A stretch of DNA of 64,000 nt from assembly GCA_019695335.1 (NCBI GenBank), contig JAIBAF010000013.1:3281-67280 (forward strand), written 5' to 3'. Below are positions 54,442 through 63,643 of this stretch, one piece after another. The number at the start of each line of letters is the position of its first letter. Position 1 is the first letter of the stretch. This DNA comes from a bacterium (GTDB taxonomy: Bacteria; CLD3; SB21). The notes beneath the pieces are model-generated. The model had not been told where the DNA came from. It ran no database searches and saw nothing but the letters and a program-made list of their open reading frames with translations. The position numbers and the translations under genes were made by a program.

Positions 54442-55773
54442 TTAATGAAGGTAAACATAATTTTCAAAGTCCTGCCGATTGTAAAGTTCGTAATCTCCGA
54501 TTCCTTGGAAATCGACAAACACCAATTTCAGGTTAGCTTGGTAATAATACCAAATTTCATAAGGCTTCGAATTGGATTCATAGGGATGCCGTTCGATATC
54601 ATCCGGCGCTTCCAAAATCACAAACACCATTCCGCGATCCGTTTCCCATCCTTCACGGAATCCCGAAGTAAAATAACGATTGGCATAATCGATTCGCCGG
54701 TAATATTCTTCCATAATTTCATTGCGCTCGGTTTCAGGTGTCGGATCCTTGGCCTTCCAGAAATCATTAAAATACTTTTCTTTTTCTTCCTGCGAGCTTT
54801 TAATGATTTTAGACAAGTTGGCGCCGCGTGCGACGTGTCGCATCTGTTTGATCGCATTATCCAGATCGAATCCTGTTCCTGACAACGTCGGATTGGTAAA
54901 GGACGACAAGCGAACGTCGAAAACGGCTTTACTTGAGACTTTTTGATCACCAAAAGAAACTGTCACATCCAAAACATATTTTCCATAAGATAAATTTTTC
55001 TTGTCAATTTCAATCGAACTGAAGGTCTGAAACTGATATACTTCTTTTGCTGTTGAATCTTGTAAAACAATTTTTTGATTTTTATCCAGAATCTTATATT
55101 TCAATGTCATCCGGTCCCGATCGGACGGGAGATTGCCGGAACTATCTTTATATTTCCAGGCAAACCGGCTGTTATACAATTCAAAATATACCAGGTATCG
55201 TTTGAATTCATTGTCAAAGCTTTTGAAAACGTTAGGAACGATATTGACAATATCGTCCAACGAATCTTTCTGAATGCGATCGGCAAAAATCAAATCGCTG
55301 ATGCCGATTTTCTTATCCCGAAACGTTTTGACGGGAATATCCAATTTACGTTGACCGAATTTTTGTGTTTCCTTATCCGTGATCATGACTTCGAGCAAAT
55401 AATCGCCCGGATCGAGCAGCAACGTAATACGGCTGAAATGAAATCGTAAATCGGAAGTTGTTTCTTCAAATTTGTCCGTTATAATTTCACGATCTTGAAC
55501 TTCCCGTTTAACCAAATTATTCTGTTTGTCTTTGACTGTATACGTAATTTCATATTGCGCACGATATAATGTTGATTGATATTTCGCAAATAGAAGTTCG
55601 CTGTAGGCCACTTTCACAAACGATTCGATCCGTCCTTTGGTGGTGTCTTTAGCTGCAAAATTAGCGGCATCCATAAAGAAAAAAGGCCCGCCGCCTGCCG
55701 ATTTGCCGATTTGTGCAAACGCCATCGTCGAATGGACCACTACAATTGCAGCTAATACTCTGAATGTCTTCAC
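54442..55773 (-). CDS. GWxTD domain-containing secreted protein (paralog 2)
   Basis: Signal peptide. C-terminal FWKAKDPTPET...GWETDRGMVFVILEAP...PYEIWYY. Confidence 0.75.
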   Translation of the reverse strand: MKTFRVLAAIVVVHSTMAFAQIGKSAGGGPFFFMDAANFAAKDTTKGRIESFVKVAYSELLFAKYQSTLYRAQYEITYTVKDKQNNLVKREVQDREIITDKFEETTSDLRFHFSRITLLLDPGDYLLEVMITDKETQKFGQRKLDIPVKTFRDKKIGISDLIFADRIQKDSLDDIVNIVPNVFKSFDNEFKRYLVYFELYNSRFAWKYKDSSGNLPSDRDRMTLKYKILDKNQKIVLQDSTAKEVYQFQTFSSIEIDKKNLSYGKYVLDVTVSFGDQKVSSKAVFDVRLSSFTNPTLSGTGFDLDNAIKQMRHVARGANLSKIIKSSQEEKEKYFNDFWKAKDPTPETERNEIMEEYYRRIDYANRYFTSGFREGWETDRGMVFVILEAPDDIERHPYESNSKPYEIWYYYQANLKLVFVDFQGIGDYELYNRQDFENYVYLH

Positions 55774-55782
55774 AAAATGCTC

Positions 55783-57174
55783 CTATGAATGAGTTGAAAC
55801 CAATTCCGAATACACATCATACTCGCTGGCATCCGTTACTTTAATATCAACAAAATGGCCGGGCTCCAGTTGTCGCTCGGTTTTAATGATCACTTCATTA
55901 TCGATCTCCGGCGCATCATGCTGCGTCCGTCCAACATAATAGTCCTGCTCTTTGACGTCAATGATTGCTTTATATGTTTTACCGATTTTACCCAGATTGT
56001 TTTCAAGAGAAATTTCTTGTTGCATCGCCATCAGACGGTTATAACGTTCTTTTTTAAGTGTTTCGGAAATTTGAGGTTTCAGATCGTACGAATAGGTTCC
56101 TTCTTCATGAGAATACGTAAAGACGCCAAGCCGGTCAAATTTAAATTCCGATACAAAATCGCACAACTCCTGAAAATCTTTTTCCGTTTCGCCGGGATAC
56201 CCGACGACAATCGACGTACGCAACGCCACTTCCGGAATTCTTTCGCGTAATTTATGAAGTAATTCCGTCGTTTGTTGTTTTGTCGTATTACGACGCATCG
56301 CTTTCAACATATTATCGGAAATATGCTGCACCGGCAGATCGACATAACGGCATATTTTTTTATTGTGAGCAAAGTGTTCGATTAATTCATCCGAAAACAT
56401 CGACGGATATAAATACATGACGCGAATCCATTCGATACCGTCCACATGCGACAGTTTTTCAAGCAACTGAATCAAATGAACGTTTTTTCTCAAATTCGGC
56501 GCGCTTCGGTCGAAATCATACCCATACGACGATGTGTCCTGTGAAACGCAAATCAATTCTTTCACGCCTTTGGATGCCAGTATTTGCGCTTCGCGAACAT
56601 TGTCATCGATGCTTTTACTGACAAGATTGCCACGAATCATCGGAATGTAACAAAATCCACAGCGTTGATTACATCCTTCCGAAATTTTTAAATAACCGTA
56701 ATGCTTCTGATTGAGCAGAACGCGTTCGGTAAACAAAACCTGTTGGTAATGTCCTTCAATTTTTTCGGTTACTTTATCAAATTCGTGCACGCCGAAAAAC
56801 GCATCGACTTCCGGCATCTCGCCTGCTAACTCTTTTCTGTAACGCTCTGAGAGACAGCCCGTCACAATAACTTCTTTGCGTATACCTTTTTTGGCGGCGG
56901 CCTCTTTCCATGCAATGGCTTTCAGGATCGTATCGATCGATTCTTTTTTGGCGCTTTCGATAAATCCGCAGGTATTGATCACGACGGTATCGGCATGATC
57001 GGCATTTTCCACGATCGTGGAATGTTTGAGATTTCCCAGAATCACTTCGGAATCAACTTGATTTTTCGGGCAGCCCAAAGAAATCACGTTGACTTTTTTT
57101 GTTCCATTCGATAGCGGGGAGCGGTTTTGTCCGAGTACCGGTAAAGAAATTATTTTAGGTTTAATGTTAGACAC
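55783..57174 (-). CDS. rimO: Ribosomal protein S12 methylthiotransferase RimO
   Basis: SLGCPKNQVDSE N-terminal motif, radical SAM CNQRCGFCYIP, and a C-terminal TRAM domain. Confidence 0.8.
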   Translation of the reverse strand: MSNIKPKIISLPVLGQNRSPLSNGTKKVNVISLGCPKNQVDSEVILGNLKHSTIVENADHADTVVINTCGFIESAKKESIDTILKAIAWKEAAAKKGIRKEVIVTGCLSERYRKELAGEMPEVDAFFGVHEFDKVTEKIEGHYQQVLFTERVLLNQKHYGYLKISEGCNQRCGFCYIPMIRGNLVSKSIDDNVREAQILASKGVKELICVSQDTSSYGYDFDRSAPNLRKNVHLIQLLEKLSHVDGIEWIRVMYLYPSMFSDELIEHFAHNKKICRYVDLPVQHISDNMLKAMRRNTTKQQTTELLHKLRERIPEVALRTSIVVGYPGETEKDFQELCDFVSEFKFDRLGVFTYSHEEGTYSYDLKPQISETLKKERYNRLMAMQQEISLENNLGKIGKTYKAIIDVKEQDYYVGRTQHDAPEIDNEVIIKTERQLEPGHFVDIKVTDASEYDVYSELVSTHS

Positions 57175-57262
57175 GGTCTGTTTGGAAATTGTTTAAATTG
57201 GCCTGTATAATACATAAAATGGGTTTGAAAGTCAATTTGTAACCCCACCCAATCCAGGGCAT

Positions 57263-58162
57263 TTAGCGGCTTTTCGAGGACTTGGACTTTCGCAAAAACT
57301 GATCAATTATATTATGAAATTCGGCATCGTCTTTGATTTTTGAATTGAGAGGAATTAGCGAGTTCGCAAACGAACCGATACGTTTATCTTTAATATGTAA
57401 ATCCAATTTCCCAAGATAACTTCCGTACGCACCGGCCTGAACAATAATCGTTTTTCCGATGCGGATATTTTCTCTGATTTCCGTTTGCGAGTGAGAGCCG
57501 ACAATAACATCGATTTGCGGATATGCTTTGGCCAGTTCGATGTCTTCATCATAGCCTGCCTGCGATAACACGATGATCACGTCCGATTGCGACGCCGCCT
57601 GTTCTAAAACGGATTTAAATCGTTCGGGATCGGCCTGATACTCCAGTTTTTTTTCTTTTGGAAAATAATGAAACGATGATGGCGGCGTATAACCAATCAT
57701 AGCCAATCGCAGTCCTGTTATCGTTTTGATACGATAGGATGGAATGGACATGACTTTACCGTCGCGCATTAAGGTCGAGCTAACCAAAGGTAATTTCGAT
57801 GTGAGCAGTTCATTCGTAATGAACTGAGTTTCGTTAGCAAATTCCTGATCGCCGATATTCACCGCATCGTACCCCAGCAATTCATACAAACGGATAACTT
57901 TTTTGTCTTGTTCAGGTGCAAATCCGAAGGCATCAAGAAAATCACCTGCATCGACTGCCAATAGGTTACTATTTTCAGTTCGCAACTGATTCAACATGGT
58001 TCTCCTGCGGGAAAGACCACCCAACGGTTCTTCACCGCAATCACACGGATGAAGATTTCCATTATTATTATTCGTATAAACGATGGTCACGATCGTTGTG
58101 TCGGCGGCATGAAGTTCATTTAGCCCCAATAATAATAAAACGACTAAAAATAGTCTTAGCAA
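57263..58162 (-). CDS. Secreted 5'-nucleotidase/metallophosphoesterase-like protein with substituted metal-ligand motifs
   Basis: Signal peptide. The UshA-like scaffold is recognisable (VDAGDFLD, LGYDAVNIGDQEF, IDVIVGSHSQ), but NDHHG reads NNNNG, GNHE reads GDQE, and an HPCDCG insert is present. Confidence 0.55.
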   Translation of the reverse strand: MLRLFLVVLLLLGLNELHAADTTIVTIVYTNNNNGNLHPCDCGEEPLGGLSRRRTMLNQLRTENSNLLAVDAGDFLDAFGFAPEQDKKVIRLYELLGYDAVNIGDQEFANETQFITNELLTSKLPLVSSTLMRDGKVMSIPSYRIKTITGLRLAMIGYTPPSSFHYFPKEKKLEYQADPERFKSVLEQAASQSDVIIVLSQAGYDEDIELAKAYPQIDVIVGSHSQTEIRENIRIGKTIIVQAGAYGSYLGKLDLHIKDKRIGSFANSLIPLNSKIKDDAEFHNIIDQFLRKSKSSKSR

Positions 58163-58331
58163 ATAAAGCTCCTGTCATTTTGTTTTGTCAAACCTGTAAC
58201 GCTGTCCGTGCTCTGCGACAATTTGACACACAAAAACAACTTAAGTTAAGTCAATGATGATACTAATAGATAAAATATGATGATTTTTGCAGTAAAAATA
58301 AACATTTAAAAGATTATGATGAACGTGAAAA

Positions 58332-58368
58332 GTAACATGGCATTACTTTTGATAACATTTGCGAAACA
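58332..58368 (+). promoter_or_regulatory. Four TTAACA-like hexamers (GTAACA, TTACTT, ATAACA, GAAACA) at 11/9/11-bp phasing, possible Pho-type box
   Basis: Read directly from the sequence at 58332, 58343, 58352 and 58363, about 270 bp upstream of the small OMP gene. Confidence 0.2.
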
Positions 58369-58406
58369 TATTGAAAAAAATCCAGTTGCGTTTATCAATT
58401 TTTAAC

Positions 58407-58448
58407 GTTATATATAACATATTATTATAACATTGAACCTTCAATGTT
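58407..58448. promoter_or_regulatory. Two adjacent perfect palindromes, GTTATATATAAC and AACATTGAA-CC-TTCAATGTT
   Basis: Read directly from the sequence at 58407-58418 and 58429-58448. Confidence 0.4.
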
Positions 58449-58499
58449 GAACGAACTATATTTTTATACGAAACCTGCGGTAAAAAAATTCGTTCTAGT

Positions 58500-58515
58500 G
58501 GTAAACTCGTTTACC
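58500..58515. promoter_or_regulatory. Perfect palindrome GGTAAAC-TC-GTTTACC
   Basis: Read directly from the sequence. The 2-nt spacer argues for a DNA binding site rather than an RNA hairpin. Confidence 0.35.
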
Positions 58516-58583
58516 TTATTTAGCCCAACCTTATTAACGACGTTCCATCGAAATTTCTTTCATTATAGGATTCTGAATGAAAC

Positions 58584-58606
58584 CTCTTCCATGAGTTGTG
58601 GAAGAG
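58584..58606 (+). promoter_or_regulatory. 5'-leader hairpin CTCTTCC-N9-GGAAGAG about 30 nt upstream of the OMP start codon
   Basis: 7-bp stem read directly from the sequence. Confidence 0.3.
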
Positions 58607-58637
58607 CTGATGCTAACTAAACTAAGGAGAAAGAAAC

Positions 58638-59177
58638 ATGAAGAAGATAACGATGTTATCTTTAGCGATGCTGCTAGTTGCAGCAACGGCTTTTGCTCAG
58701 ATGCCTGACAAAGGTATGGTCGAATTCACCATGAGCGGTCCGCTTTTCCAAAATCAATCTGAATCAGAAGTTTCTACAATCGGTCCAGCATTTGGTTTTG
58801 GCTATTTTATGACGCCAGCCATAGAAGTTGGTGGTGGCCTCCAAGTTTTGAAATTTGGTGGAGACGGTGGAAAAGCATTCTTTGGCGATAAATTTTCTTT
58901 AGCAATTGATGTAAACGGTAAATATCATTTTGCTGCTAAAGAAAAAATGTGGCCATATGTTGGCGCTCATGTCAATATAGGTTTAGGCGATGGCCCGTTG
59001 GGTAAAGCCGGCGGTAAAGATGCTCCGTTGACGTTCGGCGGTGCTGTTGGTGTTAAATATTGGCCGATGGAAGGTGGCGCATTATTTGGTGAATTAGCAT
59101 TTGACAAAACTTCACCCAAAGCGCTTAAAGAAACTACTATTGGTGTGAATTTGGGTATTTTGATTCGCTTGAAATAA
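58638..59177 (+). CDS. Small outer-membrane beta-barrel protein (8-strand OmpA-N/OmpW-like class)
   Basis: AAGGAGA RBS. Signal peptide MKKITMLSLAMLLVAATAFAQ. Gly/aromatic-rich alternating strands. Followed by a strong terminator. Confidence 0.6.
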   Translation: MKKITMLSLAMLLVAATAFAQMPDKGMVEFTMSGPLFQNQSESEVSTIGPAFGFGYFMTPAIEVGGGLQVLKFGGDGGKAFFGDKFSLAIDVNGKYHFAAKEKMWPYVGAHVNIGLGDGPLGKAGGKDAPLTFGGAVGVKYWPMEGGALFGELAFDKTSPKALKETTIGVNLGILIRLK

Positions 59178-59196
59178 GCAGAATTAGTTATTAAAT

Positions 59197-59232
59197 AAAC
59201 CCTCGAGATTTTTCTCGAGGGTTTATTTTTTT
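59197..59232 (+). terminator. Rho-independent terminator
   Basis: 11-bp stem AAACCCTCGAG/CTCGAGGGTTT with a 6-nt loop, followed by a T-rich tract. Confidence 0.85.
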
Positions 59233-59409
59233 CCGCAATTCCGTCCCCATTTTTAAAATTCCTCATGAATTCAAACTTTTCCTTGCATTTGCCTAATAAA
59301 TCATTAAATTTCCTTGCGTTGGAGAGAGGAAGTAAATTCAATATTTTCAATTCAATTTTTTTGATAAATAAAAATTAAAAACACATTTCCGAAGGCAAAG
59401 GAGAGAGTT

Positions 59410-59607
59410 ATGATCACGGTGCAAGTTGGAGAGAATGAATCATTCGACAAAGCGCTCAAACGTTTCAAAAGAAAATGTTTACAATCCGGTTTGATGCGGA
59501 CATTGCGTGAGACCGCACATTATACCAAACCAAGCGAAAGAAAAAAAGCCGATCGCTTGAGAGCTATCAGAAAACAAAGACAAATCCAGGCCGAAGAAGG
59601 TTACTAG
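59410..59607 (+). CDS. rpsU: 30S ribosomal protein S21
   Basis: MITVQVGENESFDKALKRFKRKCLQSGL...YTKPSERKK. Confidence 0.9.
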   Translation: MITVQVGENESFDKALKRFKRKCLQSGLMRTLRETAHYTKPSERKKADRLRAIRKQRQIQAEEGY

Positions 59608-59629
59608 AATTTTTTAAAATCTCGTTTGA

Positions 59630-59662
59630 AAAACCATCCCGAAATCGGGATGGTTTTTTTGT
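59630..59662 (+). terminator. Rho-independent terminator
   Basis: 8-bp stem CCATCCCG/CGGGATGG with a 4-nt loop, followed by T7. Confidence 0.85.
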
Positions 59663-59704
59663 TTCCAGTTTTCACGAACCGTCCGACAATCCGAATGATG
59701 AACA

Positions 59705-61123
59705 ATGCCAGCTAAACTAACTAAAAAATATTCGATTCTGCCGATTTATCGCCGGATCCACTCTGATGCGCATTACACCGGCAAAGGCGTGACAATTGCT
59801 TTTATTGACAGCGGCTTCTGGCCTCACCCGGATTTGATCACACCCCATCCGCGCATACTGGCCATGGTTGACGTCACGCGTGAGAAATTTTCCAAAAAAG
59901 ATTTTTTAAAAGTGAGGCCCTCGAGCTGGCACGGAACGATGGTAGCTTGTTCGGCCTGTGGCAGCGGTTTTTTTTCGAAAAAATATTACCGCGGCATCGC
60001 GGCGGATGCCAACGTTGTTTTGATCAAAGCTTTCGACGGCAAAAAAGTTACCTCCGCCGATATTCACCGCGCCTTATTATGGGTTTTAAAAAATCATAAA
60101 GCACACACCATTCGCATCGTGAATATCTCTCTCGGCGGTAACCGCAACGATACAGCTTTGCGTAGCTCTATTTGCAAGACCATTGGCAAATTAAAATCGT
60201 TGGGCATCACGGTGGTTGCCGCTACCGGTAATAATCCTGGCGCCCCGGTCATACCTCCGGCCAGTTGTCCCGATGTGATTACCGTAGGCGGTATCGACGA
60301 TAAAAATTCCGAGAACTCTAATCTTTTCGGCGACTACGGTTCATCGTATGGCCGCACAACTGACGGCTTTGTAAAACCGGAAATCGTCGCTCCGGGAAAA
60401 TTGCTGCCGGCGCCGATAGTATTGGACAATGAAACGTTTGATGAATCACAAATTTTGCACGAATTAAATAATACTCCAGCCAAATTATTAAAGAAAAAAT
60501 TACGTGCCGCTATTCGCCGGACTAAATTGGATCCGAAAATATTAACGTTGCCCGAAAAACAAGTCAAAGCAGCCATTCGGGAAAGACTGGTGACTGAAAA
60601 ATTTTTTGCCCCGTATTATCAGCACGTCGATGGAACTTCTTTTGCAGCGCCGATCGTATCGGCCATCATTGCACAAATGCTGGAAGCCAACCCATTACTG
60701 ACGCCCGGATTGATCAAAATGATCATCGAAACGACCGCGCGACGACTGCCTGGTTTGGCTCCGGAGAAACAAGGTTTCGGTCTTATCAATGCCAAAGGAT
60801 GCGTTCAGCAGGCATTACGAGAGACGCATGCGGTCGAAACCGATTCACCTCAGGTGTTCGATGACCGTATTGTTTTTTACTACCACAACCACACGGCTAA
60901 AAAAGTCTGCCTGCTTGGCGATTTTACCGCTTGGCAGAAAGACACCATTCTGCTTAAAAAAATCAGTGACGGGGTCTGGCGCGCCGATATCCCGCGGCTT
61001 TCCGCCGGGCAATACGCTTATAAATTCCTTATCGACGATCGCTTGTGGATCGAAGATCCGTTAAACCACCGCAAAGAAAACGACCATTACAACGGCATGA
61101 ACAATCTGTTGCTGGTTCCGTAA
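59705..61123 (+). CDS. S8 (subtilisin-like) serine peptidase with a C-terminal CBM48/AMPK-beta-like glycogen-binding-type domain
   Basis: Catalytic triad contexts AFIDSGF, WHGTMVA and GTSFAAPIVSA. C-terminal tail KKVCLLGDFTAWQKD...DGVWRADI...YAYKFLIDDRLWIEDPLN. No obvious signal peptide. Confidence 0.75.
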   Translation: MPAKLTKKYSILPIYRRIHSDAHYTGKGVTIAFIDSGFWPHPDLITPHPRILAMVDVTREKFSKKDFLKVRPSSWHGTMVACSACGSGFFSKKYYRGIAADANVVLIKAFDGKKVTSADIHRALLWVLKNHKAHTIRIVNISLGGNRNDTALRSSICKTIGKLKSLGITVVAATGNNPGAPVIPPASCPDVITVGGIDDKNSENSNLFGDYGSSYGRTTDGFVKPEIVAPGKLLPAPIVLDNETFDESQILHELNNTPAKLLKKKLRAAIRRTKLDPKILTLPEKQVKAAIRERLVTEKFFAPYYQHVDGTSFAAPIVSAIIAQMLEANPLLTPGLIKMIIETTARRLPGLAPEKQGFGLINAKGCVQQALRETHAVETDSPQVFDDRIVFYYHNHTAKKVCLLGDFTAWQKDTILLKKISDGVWRADIPRLSAGQYAYKFLIDDRLWIEDPLNHRKENDHYNGMNNLLLVP

Positions 61124-61299
61124 ACGAACGACCGTTAAAAAGCTTGTATTTATAAGGTTTCATGGCTTTTGCCGCTGTAAAATTTCTCAATTAAAAGTTT
61201 GATTTTTTCTGGCAATTATAGTATTTTCGTGCCCTAAAATACTGTTCATACGATTACGGCAATACAACTACTACCAATAGATCGAGGAGACATCATCCT

Positions 61300-63129
61300 A
61301 TGATGACGAAAATCAGAGAAAAGACCCATATTCTTTTGTGGGTATTGGTCTTTTGTTTTATCGCGTTGATTGTGATCGAGTGGGGCGCCAATTATTCCGA
61401 CATCGCCCGCACCAAACGCGGTATTATCGGCAAAGTCAACGGCGAAGACGTTCGATACGCGGACTTCCAGACGGTATATTACAATCAGATTCAGCAAATG
61501 CAACAACAGAAAAACGAATCTTTATCCGAATCGGAAATGGAGCAAGTCAGCGACCAGATCTGGGGACAAATTACCGAAGAAATGTTGCTACGCGATTTTA
61601 TCAAAGGGAACGCGATCGCGGTCGGCGATTCCGAAGTCGTTTTTCATTTACGCAATAATCCGCCTGATTTTCTTCGTCAAAGTCCCTCGTTCCAGACGGA
61701 TGGACAATTTGATCAGAACAAATACCTGCAAGCGCTGAACAATCCGGCTTTTGCCAAAGAATGGGCGTCCATTGAAAACATCCTTCGCGTACAATTACCG
61801 TTGGTCAAACTCCAGGGTTTGATTTCATCATCCATTCGCGTTTCCGAGAGCGAATTGCGCCAGGAATACATGCGTCGTAACCTTAAACTCAGCGGCAAAA
61901 TTATCTATTTCAGCCCCGCTGATTTTCCCATGGAATCCATCACGGTCGGCGACGATGAAATCAAATCGTATTACGACGCGCACATTGACGATTATAAAGA
62001 ACAAGAAAAAGCTAAAATGGTCTATGTGACTTTCAACGATGCGCCGACGAAAGATGATTCGGCGGAAGTTTTTACGCGCATTGAAGACGTCCGCAAGCAA
62101 GCTCTGGAAGGCAAAGATTTTGCAGAACTAGCCAAAACTTATTCCAGCGAACCGGGCGCGGCCAATAGCGGCGGTTCTCTCGGATGGTTTACACGCGGAC
62201 GTATGGTACAGGAATTCGAAGACGCCTGTTTCAAAGCCAAAGCTGGAGACATTATCGGACCGGTCGAAACGCAATTCGGCTACCATATCATCAAAATCGA
62301 AGAAACGAAATTCAAAAATAATCCTAAAGATAAAAATCAGGACAGCGTCAAAGCAAGTCACGTCCTGATTCGAATGGAACCCAGTCAGACAACGGTGGAA
62401 ACAGCACGCGAAAATGCCAATGCGTTTTACGACGTCGCTAAAGAAACCGGTTTCGATGCAGCGCTGGAAAAATTCGCAGGAAAATTTGAATTAAAGCCGG
62501 ACACTACGGTCGATATCGTCAATAACGACGTCGGTATGATCGCCGGTTTCCCCGACCGTCTGCGCAGCGTTGTTCGTTTTATTTTCAGCAATGAAGTCGG
62601 TGTGACCACTCGCCCGTTCAAAACCAATCTCGGATTTACGATTTTCAAAACGATCAGCCGCTCGAAAAAAGGCATTCAGCCATTGGAAACTGTCCGTGAA
62701 AAAGTCAAAAACGCGGTTATTGAAGAAAAACGTAAAGACCTTGCTTTCAAAAAAGCTCAGGATTACCGCGCTAAAGCCCGATCAATCGACGAAGTTCGTT
62801 TGATCGATACGTCGGTGACGATCCGCGATTTATCTAATTTTACTCTCTCCAGTTCGATTCAAGGCGTCGGCCGCGACACGAAAGTCAACGGCGTACTGTT
62901 TCAATTACCGGTTGGCACTTTTGCCGATGCGATCAAAGGCAATCGCGGAGCGTATCTGGTGCAAATCAATTACCGTGATGAATTTAAAGAAACCGCTTAT
63001 CAGGAAGCGCGCCGAAACCTGAAAACACAGTTATTGAATACCAAACAACAACGCGCGTACCGCGACTGGCTGGAAACGACAAAGAAAGTAATGGACATTG
63101 AAGATTTCCGCGCTGATTTTAATTTATAA
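61300..63129 (+). CDS. PpiD/SurA-like periplasmic chaperone with parvulin PPIase domain
   Basis: N-terminal membrane anchor THILLWVLVFCFIALIV. Parvulin core ASHVLI...GGSLGWFTRGRMVQEFEDA...FGYHIIK. Confidence 0.8.
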   Translation: MMTKIREKTHILLWVLVFCFIALIVIEWGANYSDIARTKRGIIGKVNGEDVRYADFQTVYYNQIQQMQQQKNESLSESEMEQVSDQIWGQITEEMLLRDFIKGNAIAVGDSEVVFHLRNNPPDFLRQSPSFQTDGQFDQNKYLQALNNPAFAKEWASIENILRVQLPLVKLQGLISSSIRVSESELRQEYMRRNLKLSGKIIYFSPADFPMESITVGDDEIKSYYDAHIDDYKEQEKAKMVYVTFNDAPTKDDSAEVFTRIEDVRKQALEGKDFAELAKTYSSEPGAANSGGSLGWFTRGRMVQEFEDACFKAKAGDIIGPVETQFGYHIIKIEETKFKNNPKDKNQDSVKASHVLIRMEPSQTTVETARENANAFYDVAKETGFDAALEKFAGKFELKPDTTVDIVNNDVGMIAGFPDRLRSVVRFIFSNEVGVTTRPFKTNLGFTIFKTISRSKKGIQPLETVREKVKNAVIEEKRKDLAFKKAQDYRAKARSIDEVRLIDTSVTIRDLSNFTLSSSIQGVGRDTKVNGVLFQLPVGTFADAIKGNRGAYLVQINYRDEFKETAYQEARRNLKTQLLNTKQQRAYRDWLETTKKVMDIEDFRADFNL

Positions 63130-63135
63130 AAAAGC

Positions 63136-63447
63136 ATGAAATCCGTTTTGGAAATGATTTCGCCCGTTGTGGATGAACATACGAAGACGGAAAAATCACC
63201 GTCGGATTCCACGACGCTCGATTCACCGATGCGCGTCATTTTGTTCAATGATGACGTTCATACGTTTGACGAAGTCATCGGGCAATTGATCAAAGCCACC
63301 GGATGTACTTCCGCCAAAGCCGAAGCGCTGGCATGGGAAGTTCACACGACCGGCAAAGCCGTTTGTTATGAAGGTGAATTAAGCGAATGTTTGCGCGTCA
63401 GCGGCGTACTTGAGGAAATTGGATTGCACACGCAGATTGAACCATAG
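63136..63447 (+). CDS. clpS: ATP-dependent Clp protease adaptor ClpS
   Basis: RVILFNDDVHTFDEVIGQLIKATGC...A..A..VH..G. Confidence 0.85.
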   Translation: MKSVLEMISPVVDEHTKTEKSPSDSTTLDSPMRVILFNDDVHTFDEVIGQLIKATGCTSAKAEALAWEVHTTGKAVCYEGELSECLRVSGVLEEIGLHTQIEP

Positions 63448-63499
63448 GAGTTCTTTTACCACAAAGACATCAAGGCACAAAAGTATAAAATTAAAAAAA

Positions 63500-63540
63500 A
63501 TCAAAACCCCGGTCAGCGTGATCGGGGTTTTTTAATTTTT
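63500..63540. terminator. Bidirectional rho-independent terminator between convergent clpS and zwf
   Basis: Stem AAAACCCCGGT/ATCGGGGTTTT with a 7-nt loop, flanked by A-runs and T-runs. Confidence 0.8.
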
Positions 63541-63643
63541 TTTGTCACTACGATGTCAGTTCGAGCCCAGTCGAGAACGACAAGAAATAACTAAAGTTCG
63601 AACTTGGTATCTTGCATGGTATCTTCGTGGTTACAAAAAGTTT

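Noticed and set aside
63559-63567. GTTCGAGCC string resembling a tRNA T-loop in the clpS-zwf intergenic region
   Set aside because: The flanking bases do not form a T-stem (GTCAG versus CCAGT are not complementary). No acceptor or anticodon arms can be drawn.
63606-63625. Tandem GGTATCTT-N4-GGTATCTT downstream of zwf
   Set aside because: There are only two 8-bp copies in AT-rich DNA, which is compatible with chance, and I see no associated feature.
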